A DNA stretch of 63,302 nucleotides, filler included, from Craspedostauros australis (Eukaryota): NCBI GenBank assembly GCA_030167865.1. It is 13 parts of 12 records of this genome, joined end to end, with 100 filler letters (N's around TTAATTAATTAA, not from the genome) between each part and the next. Parts side by side here need not be neighbours in the genome. Positions count along the whole stretch, not along the records: positions 7,301 to 22,907 come from JALAGF010006168.1; 12 more parts are not named here. One strand, written 5' to 3'. The stretch's first letter is position 1. Each line of letters starts with the position of its first letter. Below the pieces are notes generated by a model, which was given only the letters and a program-made list of their open reading frames with translations, made no database searches and was not told the DNA's origin. Both the position numbers and the translations under genes were made by a program. Positions 11,001-23,007 of the stretch are shown piece after piece.

Positions 11001-14000
11001 TCATCAAGAATCCGTCGAAGGAGATCAGCGCGGCGAACTTACATTGAATGCTCGGCCACGCACCGCTCGAGGCCATGAAGCGGACAGCCGCCCAATACGG
11101 ATGGAAGATTATTGGCGAGATACCGGTATGTCGCGACTGCGCGATCGCGAACGCAAGAGTGACGAACATCTCGAAGGCAACGATTCCAAGAGCAACTCGC
11201 TGCGGCGAACGTCTCTTCATTGACATTAGTTACACTAAACACATAAGCTTCGGAGATAAACGCTACTGGACCCTGATCNNNNNNNNNNNNNNNNNNNNNN
11301 NNNNNNNNNNNNNNNNNNNNNNNNNNNNTAAACGCTACTGGACCCTGATCGTGGACGACTGCACAGATCACTGCTGGAGTTTCTTTCTCAAGAACAAGAG
11401 TGACCAACCAGGGTACATCAAACGATTCGTCCAGACAATCAAGTCACAGACTGGTGATCAACAAATCATCTTCCGAGGAGACAACAGCGGAGAGAACAAA
11501 TCCACGCAGAATATTCTCATCGATGCAGGACTGAACGTGAAATTCGAATTCACGGCATCGAACACGCCGCAACAGAACGGCAGAGTGGAACGCAAGTTCG
11601 CGTACCTCTACACCAAGATCCGCTCCATGCTCAACGGAGCACAACTCGACAAAGAGTATAGGCATGGCCTGTGGGCAGCAGCTGCAAGCACTGCCACCGC
11701 CATTGCCAACATCACCGTAGCGAAGAATCAGAAGGAGTCACCATATCGCCAATTCTTTGGCAACGATCCACCATACGCGGATGCACTCCGCACATTCGGA
11801 GAGGTGGGTGTTGTGAAGACTACCTACGGCGGGATCACCGCCAAACTCAAGAACAGAGGAGAGGAGATGGTGTTCATTGGATATGCACATCAACACGCAT
11901 CAGGGGTCTACAACATGTACAGACCATCGACCAAATCACTGGTCTGCTCTCGCGATATCAAGTGGCTCAACCAATCATACGGACAGTTCCGTGGCTGGGC
12001 ACCAGCACCGAACATATCCAATGAAGCAATAACAACGGATGCAGACGGCTTCACAACCATCGGACGGAAGGGAGCAACGCCAAGGACGGCAACGCGTCAA
12101 ACATCAGAAGCGAAGAGAGTATCTTTCGCTGACACGAACAAATATCCTATCCTATCAGACAGTGATGATGAGGATAATAAGGACGATGGAGTAGTAACTC
12201 AACTAACCAACAACGACGAGGAAGACCGGAGCGAACCCAATCATGAGGATGACGAGATCACACCATCCGGCGACGAAGCCGACGATAACACAGGCGTCAC
12301 TCCTCCCAACACACCAGCGAGGTCTACACATGACACACCATCCAGACCTCCACCAAGCAAGCGTGACGTGGCTAGAAAGGAGAGAATCCGACGTCACGAA
12401 GCACGAGGCAGGAAGGGAGAAGCTAATCCCAAACCGACTACAGGGAAGAGTATTCCCAGAGCTCTGCGTGAGCTCGCAGACTTCAACGAACGAGGTCGAA
12501 AGGAGGAAGGCTATGAGAGCAAGTCATCTGTCAGGAATCGGGTGTTGTGAAACACCAAATTGCCGCACCTCCCAAGAGTGTGGAGTTGAGCATTGTGGAA
12601 TGCTACATTACCGCATCTCCCAAGGAGGCAAGAGTCAGGAGTCGAATGTCATGATATGATACATTACCACAACTCCCACCTGTGGATCTTTGTGACAGGA
12701 AAATGTGAGCTGCACATGTTTTGTGATGGAGAACGACACGTGCCGAATGCGAACCGTACCTTGGCGTTCGTGACCTCAATGCAGGAATGCCAATCACACG
12801 TGTATGTCGCAGGGGGCACGGATGTTGGAATCGTGACCAACATCACGATACGAGCGACTACGGCCCCCATGTTGCAACCAATGAAAAAGAGTACTGGAGG
12901 AAGGCCAATGTCACGAAGTGTGAGACGGCCTGTGAACGAACCAGTGATGACGAACTTCCAGGAAGCCGGTGAAGTGATCGGCGAAGTAACAGGAGAAACG
13001 ACAGGAGAAGCATCGGAGAAGCATCGGAGATGATCGGAGATGTGTGATGGTCGAGGAGCTGAGTGAGCTCCCAACCAAGGTGTTCCCGCGACGAATGGGC
13101 AATCGTGATCTGATCGAATGAACCGATCTGTGTGATGCCTACGACTCGGTGATGTCTATGCTAACAAAACTATTGGTAGAGGGCAGGAGATGGAATATCT
13201 GAGATGCATGATGAGATGCATGATGAGATGAACCAATACTGCAAGATGAGATGTACATGGAGTACATGCTGCATGACATGATGAAGCAGGAGGACAGCAC
13301 TGCATGAGCAAGGGCAAGGCTGTGTGCTACTGTGGAATATGTATGCTTTGGCAAATGGAATTGAAAGTGATGAAAATGTTGTACTCACAGTTCCAACAAT
13401 GCAATAACATGAATAGGTAACCAGAGACTACTACTAGAGACTGGGGTACCCCGGATTTCCAATAGTCATCATCCGAGGAAGATAGTGACGAACTGAGTGA
13501 TGAGATAACTGACGAATCCAACAACGAAACTACAGATGACGAAGAAATTGTAGATGAAGATGAAGAAATCGAGATCACTCATCACAGCACAACTGGACTA
13601 TACAGGATGAATGCAATCATCACCGAAGCACCAGCGATCGACATTGGACTGTCGATGCAGGACGAGAACAAAGAACCAGAGAAGCACATTGAACCAACAA
13701 CATTTGATGGAGCCTTCAACCACCCAGATCCCATCCATCGAAAGGGATATCGAGCAGCCATCAAAAAGGAGTTCGACTCAATGGATACACGCAAGGTGTA
13801 CAGCAAGATCAAATGAGACGCCATCCCACGTGGCCGTAGATGCTGCAAGTGCAAGTGGGTCTTCAAGTTGAAGCGTGACGGCACACATCGAGCGCGACTC
13901 GTTGCATGTGGCTATTCACAAGTCGCAGGAGTAGACTTCCAAGAGCACTACTCACCCGTCATCCATGACGTGACATATCGAGTCATGATGGTGATCATGC

Positions 14001-15277
14001 TGATCAAGAAGATGGACTGCGCACTCGTCAATGTCGTAACGGCATTCCTACACAGAGACCTCAACAAGGAGATCTACATGAACTGTCCCAATGGGATGGA
14101 TCATCAACCAGACGAAGCCCTGACCCTACACAAGCCAATCTACGGACTTGTNNNNNNNNNNNNNNNNNNNNNNNNNNNNNNNNNNNNNNNNNNNNNNNNN
14201 NNNNNNNNNNNNNNNNNNNNNNNNNNNNNNNNNNNNNNNNNNNNNNNNNNNNNNNNNNNNNNNNNNNNNNNNNNNNNNNNNNNNNNNNNNNNNNNNNNNN
14301 NNGGAGACTCCAAGGCACTGGAGACATTCCTGAAGGACATCCAAGGCAGCAAATTCAAGGTAACAATCGAGCGTGGACTCGGAGACTACCTCAGCTGCAA
14401 CATCGAACTGAACCATGACAAAACTAGAGCAACGTTGCGTCAACCACATCTCATCCGGCACCTTATCGAAGAGTTCGGAACCAAGGTTGAGAAGATGCAA
14501 CGCTACGCGACACCGGGAACCCCAGGTCAAATCATCGTACGACCATCCGAAGATAACGGACTGCAGAAGGTCGGACCGGAAGAACATGTCGAATACCGCC
14601 AAGGCGTCGGTATGCTACTCTTCCTCATCAAGCACTCGCGACCAGATATCGCGAACCCTGTGAGAGAACTCTCCAAGGTATTGATCGGGCCCACCAAGGC
14701 CGCAATGAAGGAGATATATCGGATCATCAAATATGTGATTGATACAAAGGACTATGGATTGAAGATCCATCCAGCGCGTCCAAACGACGACGGCTGGGAC
14801 ATGGAGCTCTTCTGCGATAGCGAATATGCAGGAGACAAGAACACGAGAATCAGCGTAGGGGGATTCATCCTATACCTGTGCAAGATACCAATCCTTTGGC
14901 GATCCAAGGCACAGAAGGCCGTCACACTCAGCTCATCCGAAGCAGAATATGTTGCCCTTTCCAAAGCGGCAAAGGAAATCTTCTTCGTCATGCAGCTACT
15001 CGAAAGTGTGGGCGTCCCAGTGAAGACACCGATCAAGGTCNNNNNNNNNNNNNNNNNNNNNNNNNNNNNNGCCAAGAACCCATCAACATCCCAACGATCG
15101 CGGCACATCGACGTGCGCCATCACTACGTGAGGAACATGGTAATCAACAAAACCATTGAAATCAGTTTCGTCAAATCCGAGCAGAACACAAGCGACGGAT
15201 TCACCAAGAACATCAAGGCCGACTTACAACGAGAACATGAGAAGTCTTACCTTGACACATCGAGAACATTCGAATGA
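8059..15277 (+). pseudogene. Copia gag-pol polyprotein, disrupted
   Basis: Two CCHC knuckles (CHNCGVYGHRSADC, CNYCGIFGHCEAEC), protease WLADSGASCH, integrase (DDCTDHCW, DNSGE, PQQNGRVER), RT (KWVFK..RARLVACGYSQ), RNase H (CDSEYAGD, AEYVAL, HIDVRHHY). Frameshift near 8737; in-frame TGA at 10355, 11045 and 13814; insertion at 12529-13464. Confidence 0.95.
12529..13464 (+). mobile_element. Family-C insertion (solo-LTR-like, TGTCAGG...TCCAATA) with 6-bp TSD GTCATC
   Basis: GTCATC at 12523-12528 and 13465-13470; removing the insert plus one 6-bp copy restores the pol frame (KSSSEEDSD...). Confidence 0.92.
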
Positions 15278-15297
15278 CCGAATGCACACAGGAAGGG

Positions 15298-15850
15298 TGT
15301 CGAGATGTACATGTGAGTATATGTCGAGATGTACGTGTATATGTGCATCGTTTACCCCTTATTCTCTCATACGCACTTGGACGGTACAACTACATTCGTG
15401 TCGATAGTATACTATGATTCGTCAGAATTACAGTGGAAATGGAACACACGAAAATGAGCAGAATTTCTGGAGGAGATTTGCAATCGACGATTTCTGAGAG
15501 AATTAGAAGATCGTCCGTCCATCCATCAATGGTACCAAGAGAATCTCGAGGTACTTCCCAACTAAACCTCAGATGACGATATCATCTGACAGGCTACTGC
15601 ATCACCAATGGAACATGACATCTGGAGAGCAGAAGGATGCCTACTGACGTCGACAGGATGTCATCGTGTCACCATGTCGACATCTGTCTCCAGGTCAGAG
15701 CAGGAGGGGAAGATCCGATGACCGAAGGGCATCAGGATCTTGGATACAGGAGATGAACTTCAAATGGTAAGTACTCATGGAGTAGGAACCAGTATTGAAT
15801 GAATGGAGTGTCAAACATGGAGTATCGCGTAGCACGAAGCACACAATGCT

Positions 15851-15887
<37 letters not shown>

Positions 15888-16095
15888 CAGAGAGGAGCGA
15901 GAGAGCATCTCGCGTACCGACTCATAGTTGGAGACCGAATCTACAAAACAGATTGAAGCGCCAAGAGCATCGGGCAAGAGAACGGGTGTACACCAAGAGG
16001 ATCGGAGTAGCCAAGTAATGAAATAGCAAACGAACGACTATCAACCAACACCACCCTCCACGATCGTAGGTTACCAATCATGGAACTTGCCAACA
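15298..16095 (+). mobile_element. 3' LTR of the family-A element
   Basis: TG...CA, follows PPT, contains a (GA)n tract; colinear with 168-957. Confidence 0.95.
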
Positions 16096-17030
16096 AGTTC
16101 GTGCCATTTTGCTTTTTCAGATCACATCACCGGTGCGCGGAGAATGTGTACATCTCTCAACGCATGGTCCATCATGGGACCATGCCCTATGTGTCAAGCA
16201 TCAGATCGACAACGCTCCAACAAAGACATCGTTCATCCAACTAATTCGATCTAATAGATCTAAGCTAGCAGTTAGGCAAAGGAAGGATTTCTTGGCACAC
16301 ATGACTTGTTTCCCACGAATTGGCCCAAACCACGTTTCGAACATAACCACGTTTGGAGCATGCACAAACCATTAAAGGAGATCTTTGAAACCCAGGATAC
16401 ATGGAAAAAGGATTCCAATGACCTGGTCATCGGAAACCTTCTTCGCCGAAATCTTGATGCCTGGACAAGACTGCCAGATCAAAGGATTGGTACCCCACAG
16501 GAACGCACACCGAAAACCTTTGCCTCACTCCCGACTCGACAAAGGGAACCTCCTGTGGTACCGGGGCCATGCAAACCCTAGGACCCTTCTTGAGGGTCAT
16601 CACAGGAGATCTCCCCAAAAACAAGAAGCATAGCAATAACTCTCATAATCCGAACATTTCTTCACCATCTACCAGTATTCTCAATTGACTACTTGTGGAA
16701 CAGAAGTACACTCATTTGGACCCGCTTGCCAATCAAGCCTCTACAGCCAACAACATCTAACAAGTGATGAGCCATTACATTTGAGCTCTATTATGATCAT
16801 GGAGCGTTATTGTATCAGACTCAATTCCAAACTCGTCAACGCATCCATCCAACGCATCCGTTTCAGTTTCACTTTCATCTCACTCAGCACACATGCACAC
16901 TCCTCACACTTGCCAATGGTGCATCGCAATGATCAGACCATCGGCCTCCGCACCTCAGTCAACTAATCATAAAACCAAAGTTCTTGCATACTAAGAAGTT
17001 ATCGCTGTTGGGGGCCATGGAGAATACCCA

Positions 17031-18627
17031 TGTTGGAAATCCGGGGTACCCAGTGTCAGGAATCGGGGGTACGCTTTTACCAAGATACCCATGATTGCCG
17101 CACCTCCCAATAATATCTTCACAACTTGACGAGATCAACTTTGTTGACAACACTCGGACCACCTTGTAGCCTGTCCCCCATCACTCCTCTGTCCATGAAT
17201 GACATCAACATCAGTCATGTCCCGCCATGGAGCCTATCCATGTACCACCGCTGTAATGAGGGCGAACCTATGGATCGACCACTAGGGATGTAATCGCACA
17301 TGAGCCAAGACTATGGGCAAAACTGTTGATATGTGCCAGACATGTCGACGCGCATCGACGGACAAGGGATCGCTTTCTTGAGAAAGAGAAACGGAGGCAA
17401 TCCCCCTATCCGCTCAAGAGCACGAATGACGACAACGCGACATACATTGAACATGACCGGTGAGTATGTGATGATAGCACAGGAGGAATACTGAGGAACC
17501 GAAGACCATGTGGGATCGATCAGGATGAGACCCATGCCGAAGGTACCCATGCGTCTATGAGGGATGCTGCTCGAATGTAGAAGATGCAAACCACTACGAT
17601 GATGCACGATGAATCTACAGAAAAGAGCATGAGAGCAAGATGGTGAAGCAGATGAAAGCAACAATGAACAAGGGCATGATCATGGAGAGTTGCTAAGCAT
17701 TCCACTTGCTGCTGAATTGGAATTGAAGAGCCAAGGAGTTTGTTCTCACAGTTCTAAATTGGTACAGATTGATAATAGATTAGTCTACTACCTTAACCCC
17801 GGATTTCCAACAACCCAGTCTCTAGTAGTAGTCTCTGGTTACCTTTTCATGTTTTTGCATTGTTGAAACTGTGAGCACAACATCTCCATCTCTTTCAATT
17901 CCATTTGCCATAGCATACAGAATCCACAGTAGCACACAGTCTTGCCCTTGCTCATGTAATGCTGTCTCCTGTTTCATCATGTCATGCAGCTCAGATTTTT
18001 CATCTCCTGCTCTCTGCATGCATCTCATCATACATCCATCATCATGCATGCACAGCAGTGTTGCCCATCTCATGAATTCATCATCATGTCTTGCTTCAGA
18101 TAGGTCCATCAGTGTAGTCAGTTGCGATTCACAGGCATTCCCGACTTGCTTCATTCAGTCGGATCGCCATCTCCATGTTTCACAAAAACAGATCGGACGA
18201 CTGGTCTCACAATTTCTCGTGTTGAGACAGTCATCCATTATCACTCAACACTTGCCGGTTTCTCATGTGGGATTTGCACACATGAAATTTCCTACTTTGT
18301 GACCCTGGTCCTGTCGGAATACTCCTTCCTTGTTCGCTGCGATATGGGGCAGTAGCCGCGTGTATCATGATGTTGGTCATGCATCGTTCATCTCAGCCCC
18401 CTGTAACATTGACATTTGGATCAGAACGATAGTGTCCAACTCACACACATTGCTCTCCAGTTCACACTTGTCATGCGATGTTCACTCCTCTGCCATGCGC
18501 CTCACATTTTGGTGTCTCACAAGGAGCCTGATTGGTAGGTGCGGCAATCTAGTGTTTTACAGCACTATGTCCTTTCTGCCTCTGGGGGTGCAGCAATTCA
18601 GTATTCCAGAACACCCGATTCCTGACA
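17031..18627 (-). mobile_element. Family-C element (minus), itself interrupted by 17054-17812
   Basis: Reverse complement of the 12529-13464 type; + strand reads TGTTGGAAATCC...GATTCCTGACA; no TSD (TACCCA/CAGAGA). Confidence 0.88.
17054..17812 (+). mobile_element. Family-C element (second subfamily, 759 bp) with 6-bp TSD ACCCAG
   Basis: TGTCAGGAATCGG...CCGGATTTCCAACA; ACCCAG at 17048-17053 and 17813-17818. Confidence 0.92.
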
Positions 18628-20496
18628 CAGAGAGCCCCAGGATGACTGGACTCGAGTCGGTCATGGCATTGAGTCATCAATGGTTTGTGAATGAGAGAGG
18701 AGGAAACGGAGAAGAGGAGGGTGTTGCGTTCGTTGAAGTCAGTTAGGATTCGGGCTCAGTCGACGCGAATCGGTGGAGGATGCCTTGTGAATCTGCCAGT
18801 TTCAGGATAACCGTGTGATGCAGTTCAAGAGAGGTGTACTGGATAGAAGATGTGTTACTATAACGATGAGTAGATGAATGCTTTGGAGCTAATCTTTGTC
18901 TGTTTTTATGAGTTAGCTTGTAGTGTTGGTAGGGTGAAGAAACGATGCCACACAACTTGGTGAGACCCTGCACTGATGTACTTGGTTCAAAGCTTGAGGG
19001 TAGATGGTCATAACAGTTCCTTGCTCTCCACACACATAGACACGCTGCAGTGTAGGTCATGACACTCAATGGTGGCGGTCATGAAGCAATGGCTGTGGCT
19101 GGAGTTCACTCTTGGATTCCATTGCTTGAGTTGCAAATTGGATATACGTGTCAGGACTACAGCAGTAATGCAGTAGTCATTGGCATGGAGGGAATCGAGG
19201 TATGTTGTAGTGAAAGAATCTGAGGAGCATATAGTTCCCAAGGTGAAATGTGAGTCAGGTCGGTCATGTTTGAGTCATGATGGATTCGTGAATGGAGGAG
19301 AGAAAGAAAGGGGGAAAAGACTTGGTGGTCGAGAAAGTCGGAAGATTTCGCACCAAAACAAGAATTTCTCCCGTCGGAGGTGGATACCGTGTCCGGTAAT
19401 AGTCTGTCCCTTATTTAATCTCAACTAAGTCGGATGGTTTTGTGTCATTAGTTGAATTTGTGATGATCGGGAGACGATACGGATGTGTGTTGTGTTGTGT
19501 TGTGTTGTGTGTGTGTGTCATGTGTGTGTCGTGTGTGATGTGGGTGTGTCGTGTGTGTCGTGTGGTGATGTGTGTGCCACAGCGACAGCGAATATCAGAT
19601 AATCCCAAAAGCAAACTGTACAGTATGACGCGGGTGTGTTGTNNNNNNNNNNNNNNNNNNNNNNNNNNNNNNNNNNNNNNNNNNNNNNNNNNNNNNNNNN
19701 NNNNNNNNNNNNNNNNNNNNNNNNNNNNNNNNNNNNNNNNNNNNNNNNNNNNNNNNNNNNNNNNNNNNNNNNNNNNNNNNNNNNNNNNNNNNNNNNNNNN
19801 NNNNNNNNNNNNNNNNNNNNNNNNNNNNNNNNNNNNTACAGGCAGTGCAAGTGCTGCAAGCGCGAGTGCAAGGGCACGAGAGCAGCGATGGAGCATGATC
19901 AAGGGGCCTTGATACACACACAACAAAGGTGAAAGCAGCGATGATGGTGCTGTTTCGCACAGTGGTGTGGCATGGGATCATGACAAGTGCCAGTTGTTGA
20001 TGACATGTTCGCCAATAATGATTTCGCAAGCACGTCATGCTTGGCTGGCGTGTAACGAAATCTGCATGTTGCATAATTGGTGTGTGTCAACTGACAAATG
20101 TTTGGAGTTGGCATTCCCATGCACGGATATAGTAATATTGTGGCATGCATTTGAACAGTTAACTGTCGGAAACCGTCAGACACGAACCACAGAAATCAAA
20201 ACACATATATACACACACAATGATCGGTAAAAAACAGGGGATTGCCTGGATGTGTGTGTGTGTGTGTGTTATGTGTGTGTGTTGTGTGTGTGTTGTGTGT
20301 GTGTTGTGTGTGTGTTGTGTGTGTGTTGTGTGTGAGATGGAATTATTATGTTTTCTCTGTTTGTCTCCGCAGAGGCTGCGAACATGGGGATTTGCTGCTG
20401 CTCTGTCTGTCATCTGACCGTATACCAACAGAATTTCAGGCATCGGCGAGGGACATCAAAAGTTGGAGATAGTCTGTCCCTTATGGAACTTCAACT
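18628..20496 (-). mobile_element. Divergent family-B-like LTR remnant, interrupted by 18741-19426 and by GT-microsatellite-rich sequence
   Basis: Minus-strand start AGTTGAAGTTCCATAAGGGACAGACTA at 20496 matches B LTR starts; 18635-18720 resembles 19235-19310. Confidence 0.55.
18741..19426 (-). mobile_element. Family-B-like solo LTR (686 bp), AGTT...AACT termini, 5-bp TSD AAGTC
   Basis: AAGTC at 18736-18740 and 19427-19431; shares start motif and internal blocks (GAGGAGCA.ATAGTTCCC, TTTCGC.CCAAAA) with 2052-2814. Confidence 0.88.
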
Positions 20497-21361
20497 CTCT
20501 TGGTGATTTTATTCCATGTAGTGAAGCGAACAATTGTCCGCATATTGTTCGTCCGAATTAGACTATCCGAAATTTTGGTTCGGCAACAACGGTCAATGGG
20601 CATTTTGGAAACAACGGTAAATTACATACAACATGTATTATTGCCTGTCATAATCGGACAGATAGTTCGAAAAAGAGGTTGTATGCAATTAATGGCCAGA
20701 ATTCTCGGACAATCCGTGAAGAGGAACACGACTCGATTCGCCCAATTTGCCAAACAACAACAAAATTATCACCAAACAAAGTCTGCACAAGCATCAACTA
20801 AGCCCGTCGCGAGTTCTTGTCGTGATGGCAGAAGCGCCACCACCGCGACCACCATGCTACAACATGAGGCAAACTGGCGAATGGAGGCAAATGTCAGGGT
20901 GCACAAGCAACTACTGCCGACGTATTGGCACGCAATAAATTGCGTGCCCTGGTCGGAGCTCTTATGTGTTTATTGTGAGTTGTCCGACCAGTATTTTCTA
21001 TTAATACGATTAGTAAGTAGCAAGAAGCGAAGCGAAAGCTGTCAGCAAGGACGAGGGCAATGGCTGCGGGACCACTTCCACTGGAACTGCTACGATCAGA
21101 AGTTTGCTCAGCAGAGCGAAGGGATCTCCATCAATGGCTCATGAGAGACGTAGAGAGAGAGAGAGAGAGAGAGCTTTTCTGAGCAACAGAAATACCAGCA
21201 GAGCTCTGCAGATGAACGCATCGATTACTTTCACTGCCATCTGGAGGAACGGGGCTGTCGCTGGAGCGCATTGTAGCGCGATTGGAACAGCAAGAATCAA
21301 ACTGCACTGCATGAAGACTACAAGTAGAAACCGCATCGAAGAGGCGTGCATATGAGGACGC

Positions 21362-21440
21362 GAGTGCAAGCGAGAGTGCAAGCAAGAGTGCAAGCAAGAG
21401 TGCAAGCAAGAGTGCAAGCAAGAGTGCAAGCAAGAGTGCG
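21362..21440 (+). repeat. 12-bp tandem repeat GAGTGCAAGCAA
   Basis: About six units downstream of the DUF6824 gene. Confidence 0.9.
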
Positions 21441-21604
21441 AGTACGAATGCTAAAAAATTGGCTACGATTTCCAGAGAGCACTCTTCGAAATCCCCATCT
21501 ACTCTCTGATGGTCACCGCCTGCGAGTTATGATCGAGCTATGCCAGATCATGGCATGGCATGGCATGCTGTGCAGTGAAATGCTGAAGGATCGGACTACG
21601 ATCA

Positions 21605-22393
21605 TCATCTTCCCGACAGGAAGAGCGTCTTGTACTCCTCCATCAGCGTTGTGTCCTCCTTGATCGTTTCAAGCAGCTTCGTGTTTGCTTGCAAGAACAC
21701 TTCATGAATGGTGTCATCGGAGCACGGTGCTTTGCCGACGATTTGCTCCTTCACAGAGTCGTACATTCCCACGACGTATGGTTTTGATTGCACGATGGCT
21801 TCAAGACCGCGATTCACTCGAGTCTTGATCGCCTTGCCTCGCAGCTTCTTCGATTTGGTGCTGGACTTGTACTGATCCTGCAATCTATCGCGGATGCTCT
21901 GGCCGATCTTCTCCCTCACAAAATCGGTGCTGCATCTCACCCAATACTGCCCGTCGGCGCTGCGCTTGACGAATCCGCTGTGCGGTGACCATGCGTCGAT
22001 AGCATCGGCAATCTCGGAAACGATGATGCTCTTTTGCAGTCGGAAAGTTGTCTTCGTGTATCGTGGGATAGCGTTCTCGATGAGATGTCTGTACATGACG
22101 TTTCCTTGATGGTGCCAGTATCCCGTGCCTCTCGCGCAGATCACATGGTCAGGTTTCGGAGTGAAGGAGTCGGGAAGAACGCGATCAACCTTGTCTTCTG
22201 TCTTCATGCGGCCGATATGCTCGAAGGATGATACTGGCGATCGTCGCCAAGGCTGTTGCCCCCATTGTCCTGACTTTTTCTGTTGCTGTTGCATCGTGAT
22301 GCGCTGCGATATGTGCCTGTTTGTTTTGGTTGTGAGTGTGGCTGCGGATGCGGCTGAAGCTGAGGTGGAGGTGGAGGTTGTGGGAGAGCCCAT
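21605..22393 (-). CDS. DUF6824-domain protein (diatom-expanded family); start codon uncertain
   Basis: 'DHVICARG..WHHQGNVMYRHLI....PRY......KSIIVSEI....GFVK.....W......VREKIGQSIRD' is the DUF6824 signature. The ORF is open upstream to 22660 through a microsatellite. Confidence 0.85.
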   Translation of the reverse strand: MGSPTTSTSTSASAASAATLTTKTNRHISQRITMQQQQKKSGQWGQQPWRRSPVSSFEHIGRMKTEDKVDRVLPDSFTPKPDHVICARGTGYWHHQGNVMYRHLIENAIPRYTKTTFRLQKSIIVSEIADAIDAWSPHSGFVKRSADGQYWVRCSTDFVREKIGQSIRDRLQDQYKSSTKSKKLRGKAIKTRVNRGLEAIVQSKPYVVGMYDSVKEQIVGKAPCSDDTIHEVFLQANTKLLETIKEDTTLMEEYKTLFLSGR

Positions 22394-23007
22394 GTCAGAT
22401 TTATGGCAATGTTCTCGGTGTTGCGGGCGATTTTTGGCTTCGAGATGTTTTTGCATTCGTTGCTGCCGTTCCTGTCGTTGAGTTTGTGTTTGCGGATGAT
22501 TTGATTTGATGTGCGGTGTGGTGTGGTGTGGTGTGGTGTGGTGTGGTGTGGTGTGGTGTTGTTTGTCGGCTTCGTTTTGTGAGCATGAAAATGCAATCGC
22601 CCACGAAACATCGCTGTCAAGCCTTTGTGTCTTATGAGAGACACACCTGGTAAAGGCCAAGAGAGCGTTGCGACACGAAGGCGATAGAACGCAGATACTC
22701 GAATCACGAGTTACTTAGCCGGATTTTGTCATGTCGGTGCCGCTCTCAAGCCATCCAACTGCGCGGCAGACACCACAGACCTTCTCACAATCTCCGATTC
22801 TTGCTCCATCAGTTGGACAAAGACATTCCAACCTTTCCTGCATGCGGCTGCAGTCAAATTGGAAGATCATTGTTTGGATGGATGGATGGATGGATGGATG
22901 GATGGATNNNNNNNNNNNNNNNNNNNNNNNNNNNNNNNNNNNNNNNNNNNNTTAATTAATTAANNNNNNNNNNNNNNNNNNNNNNNNNNNNNNNNNNNNN
23001 NNNNNNN

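Larger units (their letters stand above)
7540..16095 (+). mobile_element. Near-complete Ty1/copia retrotransposon, family A (inactive)
   Basis: 5' LTR ends at 7977 (GCCAACA); gag-PR-IN-RT-RH order; PPT AGGAAGGG at 15290-15297; 3' LTR 15298-16095. The left boundary (TGTCG at 7540) is tentative. Confidence 0.93.

Noticed and set aside
16096..16640. Possible LINE or gene remnant
   Set aside because: Only short broken ORFs with no motif I can support.
20461..20496. 36-bp mini-element AGTTGG...TCAACT
   Set aside because: No TSD (TCAAA/CTCTT), and B-type similarity continues past 20461.
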